In this document: positions 41,457 to 50,922 of the stretch, one piece after another
Layout of the letters: every line of letters begins with the position of its first letter
Position numbering within the stretch: position 1 is the first letter of the stretch
DNA from: Spirochaetota bacterium
GTDB lineage: Bacteria > Spirochaetota > UBA12135 > COTS27 > CBDBHE01
DNA length: 64,000 bases
Reading direction: 5' to 3'
Assembly (NCBI GenBank): GCA_965205605.1
Contig: CBDBHE010000008.1
Span: 32,001-96,000 of the forward strand
Program-made: the position numbers and the translations under genes
The notes under the pieces: generated by a model
The model's database searches: none
What the model saw: the letters and a program-made list of their open reading frames with translations, nothing else
Told to the model about the DNA's origin: nothing

Positions 41457-42935
41457 ATGAAAATAACAAAAAAAACTCTTTTATTTCTTATTTTTTCTTT
41501 TTTTACTCTCATAAAAGCAGAAGAAGTAATTCAAAACTCCAAAAATAATCAACTTTCTTATCCAAAATTAAAAGTTTTTATCAAAGCAACTGAATGGCAA
41601 TACGCTCTTAATAAACCAGCTCTGTTTAAAATAACGATTATTAATGAATCAAGTAATGATAATGTGTTTCGACTTCATTTATATGAAAATCCATTTCACC
41701 ATTTTAAAATTAAGGTTTTTGATCAATATGAAAATAGACTCCCAGAAACACTTAACTATTCTACTTGGAAAGGAACTCTTATTGAAAAAAATGAAAAACC
41801 TCGCCGAATCCATCTCAAACAAGGAGAAAGATTTACAACTTTAATTGACTTGTCTAAATGGGTTGATTTTAATAAATCAGGAAAATTTTTCGTAGAAGGC
41901 ACTTTTTTCCCAAACCCTTTTTTTGAAGAAAATGCTTATTCTTATAAAATCAGCCATTTATCTTTTAACGTGAGCAAAGAAGAATCTCAAATTATTTATA
42001 AAAAAAAACCCTCAAAGGAAATTGTTCAAATTCAAAAAAAATTCGAATCTTCTCAATCTTCTCCTAAAAATACGGTTATCAAACATCTTACCTCTCACAT
42101 AGAAGAAAAATGGAACCATTTTTTTAAAACAGTTGACACCAAACAATACTTAGAAAATTCTTACGCATCAACAGAAATTTACGAACGCTTCAAAACTTCT
42201 AAACATGACGAAAGAATCATTATTTTAAAAGAATTTGAAGCCTTTCTCATTAAAAATAGTGATTATAAAATTGATTCTTTTGAAATCTTAGAAACTTACA
42301 TTAAAAAAGATGAAAAAGCAGAGGTTAAGGTTTATATAAAAACCAAAAATAAAAATGAAAAATATTCTAAAAAATTCAACCCTTTAACAGGACAAATAGA
42401 AGATATTTGGAAATCTAGTGATGTCTATACTTTCCTTCAAGATAAAATATTTCAATATTACCTTGAAAAAACCCAAGAGGAATGGAAAATTATTCAGAAA
42501 AAAATAAAAATCTTAAAAAAAGATATTACAAAAGCAAAAGAAACAAAAACTGTTACTACTTTTACAGAACAAAAAAGTCAAATTCCTCCCACTTTTATTC
42601 CTATTATAGAAAATGTTATTTTCAAAAGGGGGCAAAGTGAGTTTATAACAAACTCTTACCCTACTCTAAAAAAAGCTTCCAAACTCTTAAAACAATTCCC
42701 TTACTTATTCATAACAATTCGTGGTCATACTGATACTGAAGGCAATAGTGAGCTTAATTATCAACTTTCCCTACAACGTGTCTTGGCAGTAAAAAATCAT
42801 TTAATTAAAAATGGTCTTTCAAAAAAACGTATTCAACTAGAAGCTTATGGAGAAAAGAAACCCATTTATCAAGAAGAAGATGAAAATTTAAAAGAAAAAA
42901 ATAGACGTGTCGAAATTATTTTTAGTCATAACTAA
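41457..42935 (+). CDS. Exported protein with C-terminal OmpA-like peptidoglycan-binding domain
   Basis: Signal peptide, IRGHTD..G....NYQLSLQR...V, AYGEKKP, NRRVEI. Confidence 0.88.
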   Translation: MKITKKTLLFLIFSFFTLIKAEEVIQNSKNNQLSYPKLKVFIKATEWQYALNKPALFKITIINESSNDNVFRLHLYENPFHHFKIKVFDQYENRLPETLNYSTWKGTLIEKNEKPRRIHLKQGERFTTLIDLSKWVDFNKSGKFFVEGTFFPNPFFEENAYSYKISHLSFNVSKEESQIIYKKKPSKEIVQIQKKFESSQSSPKNTVIKHLTSHIEEKWNHFFKTVDTKQYLENSYASTEIYERFKTSKHDERIIILKEFEAFLIKNSDYKIDSFEILETYIKKDEKAEVKVYIKTKNKNEKYSKKFNPLTGQIEDIWKSSDVYTFLQDKIFQYYLEKTQEEWKIIQKKIKILKKDITKAKETKTVTTFTEQKSQIPPTFIPIIENVIFKRGQSEFITNSYPTLKKASKLLKQFPYLFITIRGHTDTEGNSELNYQLSLQRVLAVKNHLIKNGLSKKRIQLEAYGEKKPIYQEEDENLKEKNRRVEIIFSHN

Positions 42936-42942
42936 TAAAAAA

Positions 42943-44010
42943 ATGATGATGAAAAATATTTTTTTTTATCTTTTAATTTTAATATTAATTTTTCAAACCC
43001 CTCTTTTAAAAGCAGCTTTATTCATTCCTTTTGGATCTGAAATTCTTTATCTAGGTTCTTCGGCTAGTGCTGTTTCATTAGGGGGAGCTTTTACAAGTGA
43101 TAATGATATCCAAGATAATTTTGTTGACAATCCTACAAAAGCGGCTTTAATTCAACATCCTACTTTTTTTTCAAGTTATCTTGGTTTTAATAATATTTCT
43201 AGTAGTTATCTTTTTGGTTATTCAAAACCAACTGATTATGGGGTTTTTTCTATCGTGTATCACCAGGTAAATGGAAACCGTTTTGATTTAAAAAAATTTC
43301 AATCAACTCAAATTGCTTTTTCTAAAAAAATTTTTCCCAACTATCATGTTGGATTTAAGTTTAACTCCGAAGTAGCCTTAATTAAAGCCAATAGCGACGA
43401 ATCAGAGACGATGCTTAGTGGATTTCACGGAGATGTTAATTTGATTTATATAGGTAATAATCAACAGTTTGGTTTGCTTTTATTACAAAATATTCATTAT
43501 GGAGTACAAATTAAGAATATAGGCCTTGTTCCTTTTTATATCAATGATTTAAACCAAACTAACTTTATACGTGCTTTAGAAACACGATTAGGCATCTCTT
43601 TTGATGTTTTAAAATTTGAAAATTTTGCTACTAGAATCTACACAGATTTGACTTACTACCCTTTAAACGAGCATTTTAATTTTAATCTAGGTCTTAAAAC
43701 TTCTTACCAGATTCCTATGCCCATTATCAAACAAATCACTTTACAAGCTGGCTTTATTCCAAATACTAAGCGATACGGAATAAAAAACATAGGCCCTTTT
43801 ACGGCTGGATTAAGTCTCTTTTTTGATTTTAAATATTTAAGTCCTTCATTAAATTATGCGATCTTACCGAGAAGAGACAACAACAACGATCATCACTTAC
43901 TTTCATTTCAATTAAAATTCAAACAAAAAGGCCACAATAAACCTCAAATTAATACCAAAGAAGACTTTGGACAAGAAGGCATTATTGAAAACACCATCAT
44001 TAATGAATAA
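42943..44010 (+). CDS. Putative outer-membrane beta-barrel (PorV/FadL-like, UPF0164-like)
   Basis: Signal peptide, SASAVSLGGAF..D.......NP motif, alternating amphipathic beta-strands, QIKNIG. Start placed at ATG 42943. Confidence 0.62.
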   Translation: MMMKNIFFYLLILILIFQTPLLKAALFIPFGSEILYLGSSASAVSLGGAFTSDNDIQDNFVDNPTKAALIQHPTFFSSYLGFNNISSSYLFGYSKPTDYGVFSIVYHQVNGNRFDLKKFQSTQIAFSKKIFPNYHVGFKFNSEVALIKANSDESETMLSGFHGDVNLIYIGNNQQFGLLLLQNIHYGVQIKNIGLVPFYINDLNQTNFIRALETRLGISFDVLKFENFATRIYTDLTYYPLNEHFNFNLGLKTSYQIPMPIIKQITLQAGFIPNTKRYGIKNIGPFTAGLSLFFDFKYLSPSLNYAILPRRDNNNDHHLLSFQLKFKQKGHNKPQINTKEDFGQEGIIENTIINE

Positions 44011-44022
44011 CCATCATCTACA

Positions 44023-44790
44023 ATGAAGCATTTAACTATTATCATTCTTATGACAAACATTTGCTTTGGGCAATCTGTTATTGAAAATAGATATTTTTCC
44101 CCAAATGAAGATAAAAAAAAAGATACGATTAAAATCCCTTTAAAAATCACTCAAAAGTCTACTATTAAAAAATGGATCGTTTATTTTGTAAAAAAAGAAA
44201 AATCTTTCAAAATTATTAGAAAATATCAATCCAAAACAATCAAAATTTTAAAACCTACCAATTTTGAAACAATTTGGAAAAGCCTTATTGCACCTAAAAA
44301 AAAACTTGAAATTCCGCCTTACATTGAGTGGGACGGAAAAACAACTGATGGCAAAATTGTTGGTGAAGGGACTTATTATTTTCAAATCCAATTGATTAAT
44401 AAAAATAATGATAAAATAGTTTCTCCGCTCATTCCTATCATTGTTGATACAACTGCTCCTGATATTAAACTTCAAACAAAAAATAAGGCTTTTTCCCCTA
44501 ATAATGATGGAATAGAAGACACCTTCTCTTTTATTATACTAGCATCTAAAAAAGCTCAAAAAACAGACTCTATTAAATTAAATTTAATTAATAAAGGCAA
44601 CCAAACAATTAAAACACTTCATTTTAAAGTAAACGAATTAAAAAACAAACCTCTTAGAATCAATTGGCTTGGCAAAGACAAACATTACAAGCAAGCTCCC
44701 CAAGGGAGATATACTTTAGTTTTAAAAGCTAGTGACTATGCGGGAAATGTTTTTTTAAAACAAATTAATGACATTATTTTAACCAAATAA
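44023..44790 (+). CDS. FlgD-Ig / T9SS-CTD-like repeat protein
   Basis: Two repeats of the form FSPN.D...D ... WDGK/WLGKD...GxY, with DTTAP and DYAGN linkers. Confidence 0.8.
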   Translation: MKHLTIIILMTNICFGQSVIENRYFSPNEDKKKDTIKIPLKITQKSTIKKWIVYFVKKEKSFKIIRKYQSKTIKILKPTNFETIWKSLIAPKKKLEIPPYIEWDGKTTDGKIVGEGTYYFQIQLINKNNDKIVSPLIPIIVDTTAPDIKLQTKNKAFSPNNDGIEDTFSFIILASKKAQKTDSIKLNLINKGNQTIKTLHFKVNELKNKPLRINWLGKDKHYKQAPQGRYTLVLKASDYAGNVFLKQINDIILTK

Positions 44791-45003
44791 CTTGATTAAA
44801 TAAATCTTGGGTTATCAAATAATAGCTTTTTTTCTAAAGAAAACATCGAATTCAAACTTTCTGTTTCCACTTCAAAGTTCATGCTCTTATTGCTCAAGGT
44901 TATATTAATAATGTTAGAGAAGCAACAACAAAGTTTTTTTATCTTTTCAAAGAAAAAAAAGAGAAATATAAACTGAAATAATGCTGTTAATTTCTTTAAA
45001 TAA
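44791..45003 (+). pseudogene. Possible decayed third Ig repeat of the upstream gene
   Basis: The same frame continues LD*INLGLSNNSFFSKENIEFKLSV...RNIN*NN with in-frame stops. Confidence 0.4.
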
Positions 45004-45149
45004 AAAATATTAAATAGAATCAACAATTAAATTAGTGACTTGATTGAATCATTAATTATACAAGACATGTCTTGTACAAATTTAAAATTAATTATAAATT
45101 TAAAACCGATTCGAAAAATGACAATATATATATTAGTATTAAAAAAAGC

Positions 45150-46535
45150 ATGAAAAAAACAAAAATTATTGCTACCGTTGGACCTTCTATTGAAAAAGAA
45201 AGTCTGATTGAAAAAGCTATTAACGAAGGCGTCAATGTATTTCGAATTAATTTCTCCCATGCCAATCATGCTTATCATCTAAAATCTATCAAAAAAATAA
45301 GAGCGATTTCAAAAAAATTAGACAAACCTATTGCTATTTTAGGGGATTTAAAAGGACCCGAGATTAGAACAGACACACAAATTTACACCCTGATAAAAGA
45401 TAAAAAAATTCATTTAAGTTATTATAAAAACAAACTTAAAGATGCCATAGGCATCACTCATAAAACACTTTATCAGCTGGTCAAAAAAGGGCAAACTATT
45501 TTTATTGATGATGGCCTATTAAAGCTAACTGTCCTCAAAATTCAAAAAAAAGATATTTTGTGCAAAGTGATTAACGGTGGTAAATTAACTCAAAATAAAT
45601 CAATCAATATCCCTAATATTCTTATAAAACTACCCATTATTAATCAAAAAGATAAAGAAGATCTTAATTTTATTATTAAAAATGATCTTGATGGGATAGC
45701 AGCTTCTTTTATAAGTAATCAAGAAGATGTAAAAAAAATACGTGCTTTTCTAAAGCAAAAAAAGTCAGAGATTACTATTATTTCTAAAATCGAAAATCAA
45801 GCTTCTGTGACTAATTTAGATTCGATTATTGATGTGTCTGATGGAATTATGGTTGCAAGAGGAGATTTAGGGGTAGAGTTTCCAACTGAATTTATTCCTG
45901 TACTTCAAAATGAAATTATTGAAAAAACAAAAAAAAAAGGAAAAATTATTATTGTTGCCACTCAAATGCTTGATAGCATGATCAAAAATCCACGACCCAC
46001 TCGTGCAGAAGCTACTGATATTTCTAATGCTGCTTTACAAAGAGTTGATGCTGTCATGCTTTCTGGAGAAACAGCCAGTGGTGCCTACCCTATAGAAGCC
46101 ATTAAAATTATGAAAAAAATTATTTTAAAAACAGAAGAAAGTCAATCTTTAAATATCTTTCCTATTAAACATAAAGAAGAAATTTCTATTATTTGCAAAG
46201 CTAGTTTGATGCTAGCAATGGAAAATCAAGCCAAATTACTCATTACAATTAGTTTTTGGGGTAAATCTGCTAGATTAATTTCTTCTTATCGAAGTGAAGT
46301 ACCAACTATAGTTGCATGCTTTAATGAGAAACTTTATAGTAAAAGCCAACTTTATTATTCTATAGAGCCTATTAAAATTACTTATCAAAATTCAATTGAC
46401 AAACAGTTTAAAGAAATTGAAAAAAAACTTAAAAAAGTAAAATTAGTAAAAAAAGGAGATTTAGTAATTTTTATGTTTACCTATCCCGAAATTCAAAATA
46501 AAACTAACTCTATAAGAAAATGGGTTATTAAATAA
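45150..46535 (+). CDS. pyk: Pyruvate kinase
   Basis: KTKIIATVGP, RINFSH, DLKGPEIR, SKIEN, MVARGDLGVE, ATQMLDSM, MLSGETA. Start placed at ATG 45150. Confidence 0.97.
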   Translation: MKKTKIIATVGPSIEKESLIEKAINEGVNVFRINFSHANHAYHLKSIKKIRAISKKLDKPIAILGDLKGPEIRTDTQIYTLIKDKKIHLSYYKNKLKDAIGITHKTLYQLVKKGQTIFIDDGLLKLTVLKIQKKDILCKVINGGKLTQNKSINIPNILIKLPIINQKDKEDLNFIIKNDLDGIAASFISNQEDVKKIRAFLKQKKSEITIISKIENQASVTNLDSIIDVSDGIMVARGDLGVEFPTEFIPVLQNEIIEKTKKKGKIIIVATQMLDSMIKNPRPTRAEATDISNAALQRVDAVMLSGETASGAYPIEAIKIMKKIILKTEESQSLNIFPIKHKEEISIICKASLMLAMENQAKLLITISFWGKSARLISSYRSEVPTIVACFNEKLYSKSQLYYSIEPIKITYQNSIDKQFKEIEKKLKKVKLVKKGDLVIFMFTYPEIQNKTNSIRKWVIK

Positions 46536-46558
46536 CTATCATCCCAAAAAAAATACAA

Positions 46559-47425
46559 ATGAAAATAAGGCCACTTAGAAAAGGGAAACCTCTTGAGTTA
46601 ACAGGTAAAAAAGATCGAATTTCAATTTTTTTTTTAGGGACAGGTTCTGCCTTTTCTAAAAAAAATTATCAAACTAATTTCATTATTATCAAAGGCGACA
46701 CTCATCTTTTAGTGGATTGTGGGACAACATGTACAAAAGCACTAAACAAAATAAAAAATAACATTATGAATATTAAAAATTATTATATTACTCATTCACA
46801 CGCTGATCATATTGGAGGCTTAGAAGAAGTCATGTTATGTTATCGTTATATTCAAAATCCAAAATTAGCCAATAAAAAACCTAAAATTATTATTAACAAA
46901 CATTATAAAAAAATTTTATGGGATTTTTCTCTAAAAGGAGGCAATGCTTTCTCAGAAACAAAAAATGGCAAACCTCTTGAATTTGAAGATTTTTGGACTG
47001 TCCTTGAAATGGAAAAATTAAAAGAATTTAAAAGAGAAACTTGGGGTTATCAGTTTGAAAACTTAGATCTTAAAATGCCTAGAACTTGTCATATTCCAGC
47101 CCAAGCAACTTCTTGGGAAAATGCTATTTGGAGCACTGGAATTATTATTGATGAAAAAATCTTTATTAGTTCAGATACTAAATATGACCCTGATCTTATT
47201 TTTGAATACAACAAAAAATACAAAATTGAAATCATTTTTCATGATTGCCAAGTCTTCCCCGGAGGGATTCATGCCAACTTAGAAGAATTGAAAAACCTTC
47301 CTAAAAATATTAAAAGCAAAATGATTTTAATGCACTATGGAGACAATATTGGTGATTATTTAAAAAAAATTAAACAATACGGGTTTCATTCTATTGCAAA
47401 AAAAAATGTTTTTTATGATTTTTAA
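46559..47425 (+). CDS. MBL-fold metallohydrolase (RNase Z / phosphodiesterase-like)
   Basis: FLGTGSAF, VDCG, THSHADHIGG, SSDT, HDCQ, MHYGD. Confidence 0.88.
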   Translation: MKIRPLRKGKPLELTGKKDRISIFFLGTGSAFSKKNYQTNFIIIKGDTHLLVDCGTTCTKALNKIKNNIMNIKNYYITHSHADHIGGLEEVMLCYRYIQNPKLANKKPKIIINKHYKKILWDFSLKGGNAFSETKNGKPLEFEDFWTVLEMEKLKEFKRETWGYQFENLDLKMPRTCHIPAQATSWENAIWSTGIIIDEKIFISSDTKYDPDLIFEYNKKYKIEIIFHDCQVFPGGIHANLEELKNLPKNIKSKMILMHYGDNIGDYLKKIKQYGFHSIAKKNVFYDF

Positions 47426-47437
47426 ATAGCAAAAAAA

Positions 47438-47920
47438 TTATTCTAAAACTGATACTTTTTGAATTAAAACCACACTTTTAGCAGAAATACACTTCCCTTC
47501 TCCTTCTGCGTTCATTTTTTCTGTTGTTGTTGCTTTAATATTTATCGCCTTACAATCAAGAACCTTCGAAATCAAACCAACCATTTTTTGGGAGTAAGGA
47601 CTAATTTTAGGCCTTTCACAAATAATAACATTATCAACATTAACAACTTTAAATTGTTTTTTTCTTAAAAGAGTATAAGTCATTTTTAAAATTTCAACAC
47701 TACTAATGTCTTTATACTTCAAGTCATTATCTGGAAAAAGTTTGCCGATATCTCCCATTCCAATCGCTCCTAAAAGAGCGTCACTGATGGCATGAAGTAA
47801 AACATCAGCATCCGAATGACCTAAAAGTCCCCTTTCATAATCAATCTCAACCCCCCCTAAAACAAGCTTTCTATCTTTGACAAGAATGTGCGTATCATAA
47901 CCAATTCCAACTCGATACAT
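47438..47920 (-). CDS. ispF: 2-C-methyl-D-erythritol 2,4-cyclodiphosphate synthase
   Basis: RVGIGYDTH, GHSDADVLLHA, GDIGKLFP, IKATTTEKM. Confidence 0.96.
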   Translation of the reverse strand: MYRVGIGYDTHILVKDRKLVLGGVEIDYERGLLGHSDADVLLHAISDALLGAIGMGDIGKLFPDNDLKYKDISSVEILKMTYTLLRKKQFKVVNVDNVIICERPKISPYSQKMVGLISKVLDCKAINIKATTTEKMNAEGEGKCISAKSVVLIQKVSVLE

Positions 47921-48013
47921 ATGGATACCTCTTATTTAATCTTATTATAAAAAGTAACCTGAATTAATCTTTTTAAAAATTATTTTTTTTAATGTATAAT
48001 TATAATTTAAAAA

Positions 48014-49939
48014 ATGAATTTTTTAAATCCTGTTATCCAAAACCGATATAAAAGAATCCATTCCATTGGAGTAAAAGTTGGTTCTATCACTATCGGGGCA
48101 AGTCATCCTATAGTAATCCAATCAATGACGATCTCCGATACAATGAATACTAAAAAAACAGTAGAGGAAATTATTAGTATTAAAAATACTGGAGCTCAGT
48201 TAGTGCGACTAACAACCCCCAATTTAAAAACTGCTGAAAATTTAGAAGATATTAAAAATCTATTAGAAAAAAAAAATTGTAAAATTCCTCTTGTAGCAGA
48301 TATTCATTTTACCCCAAAAGCAGCAGAAATTGCAGCTAAAATTGTTGAAAAAGTTCGTATTAATCCAGGAAATTATGTCGACCGAAAACAATTTAATCTT
48401 AAAAAATATTCTGATAAAGAGTATCAAAAAGAAATTAAACGTATCGAAGACAGATTCATTCCTCTTATCAAAATATGCAAAAAATATAAAACAGCCCTTC
48501 GTATCGGCACCAATCATGGTTCTCTTTCAGATAGAATTATCAGTCAGCATGGAGACAACCCTAAAGGAATGGTCGAGTCAGCTTTTGAATTCATTAAAAT
48601 TTGTGAAAATAATCATTTTGATCAAATTGTTATTTCAATGAAATCTTCTAATCCTATCGTCATGGTGCAAGCTTATCGACTTTTAAGTGAAAGAATGAGA
48701 AAAAATAAAGTTTATTATCCACTTCATCTCGGCGTTACCGAAGCAGGAGATGGACAAGAAGGAAGAATCAAATCAGCTGTTGGAATAGGCACTCTTTTAG
48801 CAGATGGGATCGGGGACACAATTAGAGTTTCTTTAACAGAAAAAGCTGAAAAAGAAGTCATTGTTTGTAAAAAAATTATCGAGTATTTTGATTTTAAAAA
48901 AAATGATTTACTTCATTTACAAGACATTCCTTGTTCTTTTAACCCTTATGAGTTTTCAAGAAGACAAACAAACACCATTAATCATATAGGAAGCAATCAA
49001 GTCCCAAAGATTATTCTCTCTTCTAAAGAAGCCATTTTAAAAATAGAAGATTTAAAGCAATATCAAATCACTAAAATAAAAGATATTGACAAATGGAAAA
49101 GTGGAGAATTTGCTCCTGATGCTATCTTTTTAAATAGAGAAACAGATTTTATAAATGAACCTATTGGCATTCCATTTATTATGCCTTATGTCAATTGGGA
49201 AAAAAAAAACAATCAAAATAATTACCCTTATTATGATTGCTTCGGAAGCTTTTTAAATAGTTCTAAAAAAAGTGATGTCAGTAATTTTATACATTTTTCT
49301 ATTAATGATATTAACAAATTCAATCAAGACACTATTAAACTTTTAGAAAAACACCCCTGTGTTTTTGTTTTAGAAGCAATCAAAAAACATACTAGTCAAG
49401 AAGTAAGAAATATTATTTTTCATTTTCATCAAAAAAAAATATTCACACCAATAATATTGATAATAAAAAATAAACCAAAAAAAGACTTTGAAAACGAAGC
49501 CACTGAACAAGCTCTACAAGCAGGGCCTTTATTAATAGATGGTCTTTTAGATGGCTTATGGATGGAGCAGGCAAATGAAGAAAGTATTAAAGTCGCCTAT
49601 AACATCCTTCAAGCAAGTAGATCTCGTATTTCAAAACCTGATTATATTTCTTGCCCTTCTTGCGGAAGGACACTTTTTGATTTACAAGAAGTCACTGCCA
49701 AAATCAAATCCAAAACCTCTCATTTAAAAGGCGTCAAAATAGCAATTATGGGCTGTATTGTTAATGGACCTGGAGAAATGGCTGATGCAGATTTTGGGTA
49801 TGTAGGTTCGGGGCCTGGAAAGATCACCCTTTATAAAAAAAAAGAAATCATTAAACGCAATATTCCTTCAGAAAAAGCCGTCGATGCACTTGTTGATTTA
49901 CTTAAAGAAAACAATGCTTGGAAAGCTCCTGTTTCGTAA
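48014..49939 (+). CDS. ispG: HMBPP synthase, long (insert-containing) form
   Basis: IQSMT, PLVADIHF, RINPGN, HLGVTEAG, GIGDTIRVSL, SCPSCGR, MGCIVNGPGE. Large central insert. Confidence 0.96.
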   Translation: MNFLNPVIQNRYKRIHSIGVKVGSITIGASHPIVIQSMTISDTMNTKKTVEEIISIKNTGAQLVRLTTPNLKTAENLEDIKNLLEKKNCKIPLVADIHFTPKAAEIAAKIVEKVRINPGNYVDRKQFNLKKYSDKEYQKEIKRIEDRFIPLIKICKKYKTALRIGTNHGSLSDRIISQHGDNPKGMVESAFEFIKICENNHFDQIVISMKSSNPIVMVQAYRLLSERMRKNKVYYPLHLGVTEAGDGQEGRIKSAVGIGTLLADGIGDTIRVSLTEKAEKEVIVCKKIIEYFDFKKNDLLHLQDIPCSFNPYEFSRRQTNTINHIGSNQVPKIILSSKEAILKIEDLKQYQITKIKDIDKWKSGEFAPDAIFLNRETDFINEPIGIPFIMPYVNWEKKNNQNNYPYYDCFGSFLNSSKKSDVSNFIHFSINDINKFNQDTIKLLEKHPCVFVLEAIKKHTSQEVRNIIFHFHQKKIFTPIILIIKNKPKKDFENEATEQALQAGPLLIDGLLDGLWMEQANEESIKVAYNILQASRSRISKPDYISCPSCGRTLFDLQEVTAKIKSKTSHLKGVKIAIMGCIVNGPGEMADADFGYVGSGPGKITLYKKKEIIKRNIPSEKAVDALVDLLKENNAWKAPVS

Positions 49940-49975
49940 AAGAAAACCCTTTATCTTATCAGAAAAAAAATATTG

Positions 49976-50731
49976 TTAATTAGGATCTGTTAAAATTACA
50001 ACTGAATCCTCTGTAATAGCAATCGTATGTTCAAATTGAGCAGATATTGTTTCATCTGCTGTATACACAGTCCACCCGTCATACTTATCAATAGTAACAT
50101 CACTGCTCCCTTCATTAATCATCGGTTCAATCGTAAAAGTCATGCCCGGTTTAAGCTTTAAACCCCTTTTTTTTTGACTATAATAAGGAACAAAAGGATG
50201 TTCATGAAACTCTTTACCAATCCCATGACCTCCTAATTTTCTCACAATTCCATACCCAAAAGGGTTAAGATATTCACTCACTGTATTTCCAATATCATTT
50301 AAATACCCATTCTTTTTAACAGCTTCAATACCAGCCCACATCGCTTTTTCAGCTCGTTTGACTAAAAGGCTTGTGGATTCAGCAACTTTACCTACCATAA
50401 ACGTTTTAGAAGTGTCCCCATGATATTCCTCTAGTAAGAGAGTAATATCAATATTAATAATATCTCCTTCTCTTAACACTTTTTTTGAATTAGGAATCCC
50501 ATGACAAACAACATGATTAACAGAAGTACAAATACTTTTTGGAAAACCATTATAATGCAAAGGAGCGTGTTTAATGTTGCGTTTATTAGCCCAAGTAACA
50601 CAAAAATCATTTAATACTTGTGTTGAAATACCTGCTTTTACAAGACCACCTACTTCTTCAAGCAATTGTCCTGCTAATCTTCCGACTTTTCTCATTTTTT
50701 TAATTTCATCAACTGTTTTAATGATTAACAT
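49976..50731 (-). CDS. map: Type I methionine aminopeptidase
   Basis: CTSVN.VVCHGIP, GDIINIDIT, HGDTSKTF, GHGIG..FHE, FTIEPMIN, AQFEHT. Confidence 0.97.
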   Translation of the reverse strand: MLIIKTVDEIKKMRKVGRLAGQLLEEVGGLVKAGISTQVLNDFCVTWANKRNIKHAPLHYNGFPKSICTSVNHVVCHGIPNSKKVLREGDIINIDITLLLEEYHGDTSKTFMVGKVAESTSLLVKRAEKAMWAGIEAVKKNGYLNDIGNTVSEYLNPFGYGIVRKLGGHGIGKEFHEHPFVPYYSQKKRGLKLKPGMTFTIEPMINEGSSDVTIDKYDGWTVYTADETISAQFEHTIAITEDSVVILTDPN

Positions 50732-50817
50732 TTATAAAAACTCAAAAAAAAAAAACTAAAAATCAAATTTATTTAATAAAATTTTTTTATTACTAAAAAA
50801 ACTTAAAATAAAGCGAT

Positions 50818-50846
50818 TTGACTTATCAAATAAATAATAATACGAT
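50818..50846 (+). promoter_or_regulatory. Putative sigma70 promoter
   Basis: TTGACT-17 bp-TACGAT, about 76 bp upstream of ATG 50923. Confidence 0.5.
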
Positions 50847-50922
50847 AAAATTGTATTGCTTTAAGTGAAATTATTATTCAAACTATAAAAAACCTTTAAA
50901 TAGAAGTAGTATTTACCTAAAA

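Noticed and set aside
44796-45278. Minus-strand ORFs 44796-45026 and 45027-45278, and the pyk extension to 45072
   Set aside because: Shadow ORFs without motifs. Pyruvate kinase homology begins at ATG 45150.
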